A DNA stretch of 64,000 bases from Squalus acanthias. Taxonomy: Eukaryota. The translations under genes were made by a program, and so were the position numbers. The notes beneath the pieces were generated by a model. That model worked only from the letters and a program-made list of their open reading frames with translations. It did no database searches and was not told where the DNA came from. Location of the stretch: contig JASTWF010000036.1 of the NCBI GenBank assembly GCA_030390025.1, forward strand, positions 2,792,001-2,856,000, in the 5' to 3' direction. Below are positions 53,472-64,000 of this stretch, piece after piece; position 1 is the stretch's first letter, and every line of letters starts with the position of its first letter.

Positions 53472-55172
53472 GGGCTGGATTTTACGAACCTCGGCGGGTC
53501 CGTGGCAGGTGACGTCGGAGGCGGGTCCCGACCCCACTGCTGGCTGTATCCCGGCCTCTGAAATGAATTTCCCCTGATTGGGCTTGTTAAGCCCACACAG
53601 CGCATTTCCCGGCCAATTAGAGGAAGCGGGTCTGGTGACGTCATTTGATGACACGTCATCAGCCGGTTTCCTTAAAGGGATCATAGCCAACTTTAATTTG
53701 ACATTTGTGCCATCAGTGTTCTACAGCATTGAGGTGCTGCAAACATTGACCAGCACTGCACAAAGGTGCAGGGCTGCACCCAGGCTCTCCCATGACAGCA
53801 CGCAGGGAGGTCCTCTTCCCTTCCCATGGGCAGAGAAGACCTCCCTAGGAGATCAACACAGTCTGGTTGCACATTGCAGAAGAGGGCACAAGCAGGGATG
53901 TGGCCAGGAGGACCTGGGTGCAGTGCCACAAACCTTTTAATGATCTCAGATGATCACGAAACGTTAGTACAAAGCCACACTCAACCGCATCCTGCTGTGC
54001 CTCTCATCACATCCCCATCACTCTGCCTTCCCTACCCTACTCCTGCACATCCTTACTCACACCAACTTACCTTGCACCTCCACCCATCCCTCTCTATCTA
54101 CATTATCACATCCCCATCTCACTAGCCACCCCTCACACTCACACTCATCCTAATGCAATCATACCAACTAACAACACACAAGGGTAGGCACTTGGGTGTT
54201 TTATTCAATGTTCATGTGAAGTTTCTGTTAATGTGGTGTCAAACATTGAAACCTTTATTTTCAACACTTTGCGTTCTTGGACAGATTTGTGTGCACCTTT
54301 GGAAGTGGTTTAGTGAGTTGCAGTGAATGGCGAGACATAACGGTACCACCCGCAATGGTGATGAGCGTGAAAGGAATGGCTTGGGCATTGTAGGGATGCT
54401 TTACGGTGTTAGTGTGGGGTGGTGCCAACCTGGCGCATCATGTGGCAGCCAGGGTGTGCAGCATCAAGTGAAGTAAATCTGGCCATGGTGAGGCCATCCC
54501 TGGCCTCCCGGGCAGCAATGTGCTCGGGTGCTGATGCCCTCTGTCCTGTGCAGCATCAGTTGATTGCGGAGAAGGTTGGTGTTGTTGTTGGTGTGCCTGG
54601 TGCTGCTGGTGTTGGGGCTGATCATGGTGGGATTCTGAGGACCGAGGTGAAAGAGCACCCATGCTGATGGAATAGATGGCAGGTGAAGTACAGATGACAG
54701 AAGCGATCTGTCAATGGTGGGAGAGGTAATGATGTCAGACTGGATGGAGACTTGTGTAAAGACTTGCAGCATGGTGAATCTGTAGTGGAAATGCATTTTA
54801 GAGAAGCTAATGGTTAAGGGAACATTTCTCAATCAGCTAGGAGCTTTAACTTGACTAATGAAGCTGTCAACTCATCAGCTGATTCAATGGCCACTGACCT
54901 CCCGCCTCAGCTTCACAGACGAGGTCCAGGCACAGCGGGAAACCGGTTGACGACCTGTCAAATCCAAAAGGCTGGGAAAAAACCATTGTTAAGTGGCTGT
55001 AAACAAGCCACTAATGATTTTAATTGCCTCCCACGCCGCTGAGTGTCGGGTCTGCTCAGCACTGACAGACCCGACTTTGGTAAAGGCGCGTGCCGGCGGG
55101 TTCATAGCGGCGTCCCAACCTGCTGGGGGAAAAAAACACTTTCCCACCCTTACCCCCCCAAAAATCCAGCCC
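53472..55172. mobile_element. Non-autonomous PIF/Harbinger element, copy 2 (1701 bp)
   Basis: Perfect 12-bp TIRs GGGCTGGATTTT and AAAATCCAGCCC, with TSD TCA at 53469-53471 and 55173-55175. The Myb exon carries a deletion. Confidence 0.9.
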
Positions 55173-55629
55173 TCAATGTCTACACTCGCAATACGTGAAC
55201 ATGAAGAAATCTCAGTTCAAATTCTGCAGGGCTACCACCAGTCTCTCACCGTAACTGTGGCTGGAGACAGGCAGCAACCCCAGAGAATGGCATAAACGGC
55301 TGCAAACGGACATTTCCACCATTTCTCTGGGATTTTCAGTGGTCGCCTTGTGGAATTTCAGAGTTGGGGTGTCCAAACTGTGGCCAGTGGGCCAAATGTG
55401 GTCCCTGACCCCTGACAATCCATCATACAAAGCTCAGCACTATTTGTGCTTGCACTTCTTATTCACTGGTTTGTCCGGTTTGAATTTTGTTAGCCTAGAG
55501 GTTTGGAAAGGGCTCTTCCTAGCGCTGTTGTCTCATTGTTAGATAAATCAGAACACCAAGATTTGTCAGTATCAGAAACTTGTGAAATATGCAAATTAAA
55601 GAAAAGAACTTGCATTTCTATAGCTTCCA

Positions 55630-56022
55630 GTTCCAGAGACTTGAGCACAAAATCCAGGCCGACACTTCACTGCAGTACTGAGGGAGTGCTGCACTGTCGG
55701 AAGTGCCAACTTTCGGATGAGATGTTAAACCTCTCAGGTGGATGTAAAAGATCCCATGGCACTATTTCAAGGAAGAGCAGGGGAGTTATCCCTGGTGTCC
55801 TGGCCAATATCTATCCCTCAATCAACATCGCTAAAACAGATTATCTGGTCATTTATCACATTGTTATTTGCGGGATCTTGCTGTGCGCACATTGGCTGTC
55901 CTCTCGCATTTTCTACATTACAACAGTGACTACACTTCAAAAGTACTTCACTGGTTGTAAAGCGCTTTAGGACATCCTGAGGTTGTGAAAGGCGCTTTAT
56001 AAATGCAAATCTTTCTTTCTTT
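55630..56022 (+). mobile_element. Deu-domain SINE (SacSINE1-like), 5'-truncated
   Basis: Matches 61000-61390. Confidence 0.88.
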
Positions 56023-57419
56023 ACCTATTGGGCCTGTTGCCGAGCCAACAGAATGGAGGTCAACTCTTCCTGTTCCTTCTGATGACCAGTCTTGGGATCC
56101 ATGAAAAATTGGGGCCTGGAGGTGTAGAGTTCTCCTCCATTATTTTGTCGGGTGCTGTCGGTGGCAGGAGTACTGTGATGGCACATCATCAATGCAAGAG
56201 CATCTTCATACAACAAAAGCACTTTCTCCCATCACGAGTTTAGAAAGATAAGGTTAAAATCATGTGGTGCAATATTAGTAACAAACACGTTAATAGGTTT
56301 GTATGACATTCTCTGCTATTTTAAGGTGGTTGTTTAGGTGGGATAACCCCTTTGTTAAAATAGCAAACAGAGAAACCCATTAACGTGCTTATTAGTGATA
56401 CCACACAATGTTATTTCAACCTAAAAGCCTTTAATGTATTGCTCAGTCGTTTTGAAAGTTCAAATGGACAAAGTACAAAACTTTTTTACTCGCCAACATT
56501 ACATTTTACTGAAATCCCAGTGGGGAGAAAAATACCTGAAGTGCAGCAGCACGAAAATGCCTCACGCTTTACTGAAATCCTGGTGAAAAATGCTGTATTC
56601 CATTTAATTGAAACTCCTTTTAGGTGAATACTTTATCATGGGTTTCGTCACTTTGGTAGAGTTTTGCATTGACAAGTAAAAATAACCAGCATGAAACCGA
56701 ATCTGTGTTACGATTCAAAGCCTCCAAAAAAATCTTGCACTAGATATTCCAACCCTTGTATTTCCTTGCAATAAGTCAGTATAGTTCCTGCGGTAAGGAA
56801 GATGAAACAGAAATTGACTGATTTAAAGAGACGACATCCTCCTTTGTTAATGTACACACAGGCTCCATGTCGACGCTGTTTCTTTTTACAGACCCCAGCC
56901 TTACAAAGCAATACAAATACACCAATTAAAGGGCGGTGACAAAGGAACCCATTCACCTCAGCTGCATCTCCCTTCCAGGCTAATGAAAATTACAGCAGAG
57001 ACATTTTATAATTAAACAATGGCGTCTTTGGATGAGCGTGTTGAATTTTAATGAGTTGTGTGTGAAAGAGTAATATTTTGTATCATGGCTCGCATGTGTG
57101 GAAACAGAAATGGACACTTTAATAAGGCAATTGGAAGAAAATTATAGAATGTAATAAGTCACCAAACTTAGTGTGCACAATTATTTAGGGAGCAATTTTT
57201 AAATCTTGTAGCTAGGGAAAATGATTTGTTGCAGCCAGTGATTTGTTATCACTCAGATCCACTGAGAAACCAGCATTCTCACAGCCTCTGGGACTTTTTA
57301 TGCAAAATATCAGCACTTGAGCAGCAGATCCCACTACACTGGGCTACAGTGACTGAAGAAAAGTCAAAGCCGGGATTCTGTATCACAATTATCAAGCATC
57401 GGTGGTTCAGTGGTAGAAC

Positions 57420-57652
57420 TTAGTGATGTTGGTTGAGGGATAAATATTGGCCAGGTCACTGGGGAGAACTCCCCCCCGCCCCTCTTCTTATAGTGCCATG
57501 GGCTCTTTTACATCGACCCAAACAAGGCCTTGGTTTAATGCCTCATCTGAAAGACGACACCTCCGACAGTGTAGTACAGTCTTTGGAGTGGGGCTTAAAC
57601 TCACAACCTACTGACTCAGAGGCGAGAATGCTAGCACTAAGCCACGCCTGAC
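57420..57652 (-). mobile_element. Deu-domain SINE 5' part with internal deletion
   Basis: Reverse-complement match to 60935-61220. Confidence 0.75.
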
Positions 57653-58291
57653 ACATGATTAGCTCTGCAGCAGCATCATTGAAAGGATCCTGAGGAAGTT
57701 CCAGCTGCAGTAGGGTGTCGGGTGTAAAGCACATCACCTTTATTCATTATCTAAAATCAACACCCACCAAACAGGGTGGCTCAGACCAATGCCCCTTTAA
57801 ACTCCAAAATTACACCCGATAGCAAGAGTGATCATGCTCTCAGTCTTACCACCAGAAAGAACTGTCCATTTATATTGGGGAAGGGCCAGTTGGCGAACCC
57901 ACCTGCAACTTTGAACTTATTGCAGGTATGCGAGATTCGCGTGCTGCATTAAAGCCGCAATCACAAGCCGCTGCTGAATCTGCCGCACAGTATAAACAGC
58001 AGATCTGGCACAATTACTAAAGCACTTGCAATGGAAATGGCGGAGTTAGTAAATGCACCGCCTCGCTATGACGTTGAGCTATAAAGACAAGGAACATCCC
58101 AAGTTTGATTCCTGGTTTGTGCCAAGTCAGTTCATCTCAGCTGAGGTGGCAGTAGGGATATTAAAAATTGGCCCTGGATTATGGAAGGGAAAAATTAGGC
58201 TGTGTTCCTGACTCTGATCCCTATCCACTACTGCTGGGAAGTATGCGCTTCTGATTCCTGGGCAACGACAGGATCGGTCTTGGCTGTGATG

Positions 58292-59900
58292 TGTAGAATT
58301 CGCAAATTATTGCGATTTCGAAATAACGAGATAGAGACATACAGTTTCGTAAAAACAGCTTTATTTCAGCAAAATGCTGTCAGGTTCAAAAACGGACACA
58401 AGAAGCCTGTAAAATGGCCGCCGCGCCTCGTGGCAGAAGGTTCCAGATTTTTCAGTAGGCAGACAAGATGGCGTTTCAATAAACATTTCAGCAAGATCGG
58501 ACAGTGCTCAGCATATTGATATAAGACAAGACGCGATCGTTTTGCATTTCTAACACCTAAGCAAGAAATATAAGTGTTGGAATCGGTTTTCCATACACAA
58601 ACGGGGGCTATTGTACTGGGCAATCAAGGGCCCATCCAAAGACATTGATACGCAAATTCCCCGCGGCTCTACGATGAGAGAGCCGTTCGCGGGTACTCAC
58701 AACAAGAATTCGGAGGCCCCCAAAACCCCTCCAGGGAGACTCCTAGCCGGTTCCACAATGGGAGAAATATTAACGGGTACTTAGACAGTTACAAGTATCA
58801 CCGAAACCCATTAAACGACAAGAACCACCCCATACAAGAAGTTTGAGCGCCAAAACATGACAAAAGATGAACATTAAGTTTGGGCGGGAGATAAGGAATT
58901 ACAGTACTATAACTGTAGTGTCCAAACGCCCTTTCGCTCTCTTATCCTTTTCATTCGCTTGGAATCGTCTCTTGGCTATTCTCCCGGACGACCGTTACTC
59001 TCGCTTGTTCCGCTGATCCCTTTTTGGGGTCGACCTCGTGGCGCGCTGCGAAATCGGGTGCACCATCCCGAAGGTCGGTAAACGGTGTCTGGACCCGAAG
59101 GCCCGAGGAGATGAGATGAGAAGAGAAGAAGAAGAATCCACGTGCCGCCGCGGTCAGTAAACCCCGACCGCGCCCGAAAATATATAGACCATTTTTGAAC
59201 TCTATAGGTTACTGCACGAACTGACACAGGAAGACTTTTCTTCAAATTCTATCGAACTGGTGTCGATCCAGAAAGACTTTTCTTTGAGTTCTACAGCCGG
59301 GCCCGAGCATTGTCGAGTTCTTCATGACAACGGGGAGCCCAGCCTGCTTGCAGCAGCAGAGCGAGTAAACAAGTGGGGTACAGAGACCCCTGATCAACAC
59401 GTGAATAGTCAGGTGCTGTGGCGAAAACATCCGACCATCGTTTTAGAATTCTCCGAGTTATCACGAGTGGTGAGCATGGTTCTCGATCCTACAGATCTAG
59501 ATTAGGACAGGTATTAATAGGGGAGGGTTTTGTTTTAAGGATAATTATAATGTGTGTCCCCTTTTACGATGTGTCGTGCGCTCCTCGTTTCCCTAAACCT
59601 AGTTGCATAAATGTATGTAAGCTTGTACTGTCATTAATCTGTGCTTATGACATGTATTTCGTAATCTTGAACAATATGCAATAAAGATTTTCCATTTCGT
59701 ACTATTCAACCGGGTCTACCTGAGTTTTCTCTGCATTACTGCTCTCGCACCTAAGTCCAGTGTCAGAACCGTAAGGGCGAGTGGGTCGAACCACTCACAG
59801 GTGTCTAGTGCTACCAGACTGGCTGGAGACCGAACAGGCAACAAGGCCTAACCCCGCACTAGCACCCAAGCTAAGCACAGAGCCACCCGAACCCCTTACA
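58292..59900 (+). mobile_element. Solo LTR, 1609 bp (ERV1-like or Gypsy)
   Basis: TGTA...TACA termini with 4-bp TSD GATG at 58288-58291 and 59901-59904. TATATA near 59181 and AATAAA near 59680. CpG-rich, with no coding motifs. Confidence 0.8.
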
Positions 59901-60146
59901 GATGCCCTCCACAGATAAATACCCAGCTGACACTTGCTGCAGAGACTCACACATGAAGAATAGGCAAGTTGGAGAATGTACTGAAGGCCATCAATGGAAT
60001 CACATCCCAGCAACAGTCAGCACCTTCCAAAGGTGGGAGGTGGGGGGGTGGGGGGGGGAAGAGAGAAAATGGATATATAAATGATAAATTACCAAGATAC
60101 GCCCAGCAATTTTGAGGCCTTGATCGCAAGCTTCCATCTTTTCAGC

Positions 60147-60189
<43 letters not shown>

Positions 60190-60263
60190 GTCGATTCAGG
60201 TCCCAAAAAATTGGCTCAGTAGGTTATCCGCTGCCTTGTGTAGTACTCAACCATAAAGACCAA

Positions 60264-60909
60264 GGGGGAAAAATTCAGCTGCTTGCGCCTCCCGTTAGCG
60301 CCTTAAATGACGTCATCGCCGTGCGCAGCGCCCCGCTCGCGCCCCGGCCGTGATCTTCAGTCGCGCCCCCTGATTTACCGCCAGACGCTATGTCCGACGG
60401 GTTCAGGGGGGCGTACGTGCGGCCGGGGCGGCGATATTTAAAGGGGAGGTGGCAGGCGGCCATTTTTGTTGCTGGCCGCCTGCCAGCACCTGCCCCCGTT
60501 GCTGTCCCCGGCCCCCGCGAAGCCCCCCCACCGTGAAGTGCCGGCTGCGCTCCAAGAGCCCGGCACTTCTCTTGAGTGCCGGGCTCTTTTGCCGGCACTC
60601 CCGATCCCTGGGAGCCCAGCTGGGCCCCGGTTCGCGCTGCGCAAGGCCCCTCCCCTTTAAGAAGGGGAGGAAGGCCTGCAATACCGCGGCGCGACGTGCC
60701 GCAGCGCGTGGCGCTGCGGCACGTAGCGCCAGGATATTCACTCGCAGCGCCCCAAGAGGGATGCGGGCTGCTTCCAGTTGCGCCCCGCTTCCCTCTTGGG
60801 GCGCAACCACTGAAGTTCCGGCGCGGGGCCGCTAATTTTTTCGGGGCGCTAAAAGTCGCGCCCCGGCGAGGTTAGCGCCCCAAATGGGGCGCGACTCAAT
60901 TTTTACCCC
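60264..60909. mobile_element. GC-rich Harbinger-like MITE (646 bp)
   Basis: TIRs GGGGGAAAAATT and AATTTTTACCCC with TSD CAA. Subterminal sequences are shared with 38352-39228. Confidence 0.85.
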
Positions 60910-60931
60910 CAAGAATACTCCAGTTTGTTGG

Positions 60932-61391
60932 CGTCAGCCAGTGGCTCAGTTGGTAGCACTCTCGCCTATAAGTTATGAAGGTTGTGGGTTCAAGTCCCAC
61001 TCCAGAGACTTGAGCACAAAAATCTAGGTTGACACTCCAGTGAAGTACTGAGGGAGTGCTGCACTGTCGGAGGTACTGTCTTTCGGATGAGACGTTAAAC
61101 CGAGGCCCCGTCTGCTCTCTCAGGTGGACGTAAAAGATCCCATGGCACTATTTTGAAGAAGAGCAGGGGAGTTATCCCTGGTGTCCCGGCCAATATTTAT
61201 CCCTCAATCTACATCACTAAAAACAGATTATCTGGTCATTATCACATTGCTGTTTGTGGGAGCTTGCTGTGCGTTTCCTACATTACAACAGTGACTACAC
61301 TTCAAAGAGTACTTCATTGGCTGTAAAGCGCTTTGGGATGTCCCGAGGTCGTGAAAGACGCTATATAAATGCAAGTCTTTCTTTCTTTCTT
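60932..61391 (+). mobile_element. Full-length tRNA-derived Deu-domain SINE (SacSINE1-like)
   Basis: A box TGGCTCAGTTGG and B box GGTTCAAGTCC. Deu core GATGAGACGTTAAACCGAGG...GTAAAAGATCCCATGGCACT. Ends in a (TCTT)n tail. Confidence 0.9.
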
Positions 61392-62859
61392 GCCTTGAGG
61401 GAGGGGGTTAATTCAACAGTACTAGAAATGGCTCACATCCAATATTTACATGTTTCAGTGTAATGCATTTTTTTTTTTTTTACCAGGGGTGGGGGTGGGG
61501 GTGGGGGGGGGGGGGAGGCAGGGTAGAAGAGTAGATAAGGGTCTGACCTAACAGAATACATAACTGAGAGTATAATTGCTCTGCATCCCAAGACGTGACA
61601 GATAATAATTATATTTAAGATTAAGCATCAAAAAATGACTACCTGTTTTCAGTAAGAGGGGTCAAGCACTGCCTTGCACGTTCCATAACAATGCCAGCTC
61701 AGTCAAAAGTGCACTTGGATCAGATCCAGGGCTGTCAGCCTCTGATATTTTAACAAGGCAAAACCACCAGTGTTTGCCACAGACCCTTCTCATAACAGCT
61801 CTCCCATACATTTATTAAAGGAATTGTGCTCCCTGCCCCTAATTCAGCCCTGAATTAGCAATCATACTCCGAGGCTAACTGGAGCAGGAAATGAAGGCAA
61901 ATCATACCTCTTGACTCTTGACGTCCCGATCATTAAGTAACGTTAAGGGCACCTGCATTTATGTCGCACCTTATTTATGTCAAAACATCTCAAAGCACTT
62001 CGTACAATTAATTTTTGCTTTTTGAAGTGTAATGACTGTGCCCTCACTGCATTTAAGACTCCCGAGTCAGGAAAAATCACCTGATTTTCTGCTTCCACTG
62101 AAAACTGCACTCTCAACAAACTGCAGGTGGAGAGAGTTGGGACTGAGACATACAGTTGGAGCAGAGTAGAAAGAGCTTCTGCACCCAACGTCTATACCGG
62201 ACGTGCCCAATATTGAATCCAGGCAAAATAGTCAAAATAGCAATTGTTCTACTTCCTGGCCAGGACATTGCTCACCTGGAGTACGGAATTCACCAAAAGA
62301 AAATTTAAAAAACACTCTTTAATCATCAAGCACACAATAAAAGATAAAAAAGATAAGGCAGCACATGTTTCCCTGCACTTGCCCCTCCCTCTCCCCCTTC
62401 ACACTAATGCACATCCCACAAGTAACATAAACAGATAATTGCCCTTTGTGCTTTTATATTCCACTCATCCCAATCTACCGGCTATCTGGAATAGCGCAAT
62501 ATTTTTCAATACAATTATTATGCCAAAATTTATCACAGTTACGCTATCAATGTTTTAATTTTGTTTTTACACTGAAACTATCTGCTTCTTATTCTGGGCA
62601 TTTATTGTATAATGCAACCCAGATCTGTCTTATTTTCTTGCAGTAGATGTGATCCCTGGTTTGAAATAGTTAAGAAAGAATTGCTGAATGAAAAAAAGAG
62701 GGTTACTGTTAAGAAGTTGAAGCCTCATTGTTCTGTCTTAATCAATTTGGAGCACAGACTTTCTCTTATTTTGTCCCCTCTTTTCCTCAAGGTACTGACT
62801 CCTTGTGGAGATACGATTGTGCCAAGTTCCAGCAGCTGTCCAGTACCTTGCCCAGATAG

Positions 62860-64000
62860 CCATTCTTCGTGTGTGAATATGACCAATATCCTCGCAGGGG
62901 GGTTTGCTAGTGCTGTTGGGAAGGATTTAAACTAGTTTGTCAGGGGGCTGGGAACCTAAGTGTGGGCCCAGAAAGGAGAGAAACAAAGCTGGAAGTGCAA
63001 GTTAGAAAAGTAGTCAGCAAAACTAGTAGGGAGCAGAAACAAAAGCCAACAGTAAAGAGGGTCAAAGTGCAGAAAAATATTAAACAGGCAAAGTTGAAGG
63101 CACTTTATCTAAATGCATGTAGCATTCGCAACAAGGTGGATGAATTAATGGCACAAATAGAAGTAAATGGGTATGATGTAATTGCCATTACAGAGACATG
63201 GTTGCAGGGTAACCAAAGCTAGGAACTGAATGTTCCAGGGTACTCAACATTTAGAAATGACAGACAAAAAGGAAAAGGAGGTGGCGTAGCGCTGTTAATA
63301 AGGGATGAGATCGGTACGGTAGAGATAAAAGATCTTGGCTCGGCAGATCGTGATGTAGAACTGGAATCAGTTTGGGTGGAGCTAAGAAACAGCAAAGGGC
63401 GGAAAACATTGGTGGGAGTTGTGTATAGGCCACCAAACAGTAGTGATAATGTAGGGTACAGTATCAATCAAGAAATTAGAAGTGCATGTAACAAGGGCAA
63501 TACGATAATCATGGGGGACTTTAAATCTACATATTGACTGGGCAAATCAAATTACCACTAATGGTGTGGAGGACGAAGTCTTGGAATGCATGCAAGATGG
63601 TTTCCTGGATCAGTATGTGGAGGAACCAACCAGGGAACAGGCTATTCTGAATCTGGTACTGTGTAATGAGAAAGGGCTAATCAATAATCTTGTGGTAAAG
63701 GGGCCTTTAGGGACAAGTGACCATAATATGATTGAATTTTACATTAAGTTTGAGAATGATGTAGTCCAATCTGAAACTAAGGTCTTCAATCTAAACAGAG
63801 GAAACTACAAGGGTATGAGGGACAAATTGACCATGGTAGATTTGAGAGACTACACTAAAAGGTATGAAGATGGACATACAATGGATAACATTCAAGGAAA
63901 TAATGCATAATTTGCAACAAACATCTATTCCTCTAGGACATAAAAACCCAAAAGGAAAAGTGATCCAACCATGGCTAACAAAAGAAATTAAAGCTAGTAT
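62860..64000 (+). mobile_element. Degraded CR1 LINE: end of ORF1 and endonuclease of ORF2, running off the window
   Basis: ORF1 end TNILAGGFASAVGKDLN*, then YLNACSIRNK, IAITETWL, VYRPP and SDHN, with stops and frameshifts. Confidence 0.9.

Noticed and set aside
60275..60875. CpG island promoter or GC-rich ORFs
   Set aside because: They lie wholly inside a TIR- and TSD-bounded MITE, and overlapping ORFs on both strands reflect GC content.

Overview
Vertebrate nuclear DNA, almost certainly from a shark or other chondrichthyan, judged from HE1-type V-SINEs, SacSINE1-type Deu-SINEs, abundant CR1 LINEs and Penelope termini. No intact host protein-coding gene is supported. Bases ~1480-24513 are one ~23-kb tandem array of a 31-bp unit (CTGTAAATACTGACACACTCCCGGGGACCCC, roughly 740-750 copies). 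Its left half is variant-rich and segmentally duplicated and its right half is more homogeneous. All the very long minus-strand ORFs are by-products of this unit lacking stop triplets. The rest is intergenic or intronic DNA dense in transposable elements: two copies of a deleted PIF/Harbinger element that keeps a Myb/SANT exon, Harbinger-like and hAT MITEs, nested LINEs and SINEs, Penelope ends with minimal hammerhead motifs, a 1.6-kb solo LTR and two small minisatellites. The most speculative lead is that nearly every array unit carries TGTAAATA, an exact Pumilio response element on the + strand. Nothing in the sequence shows that the array is transcribed.
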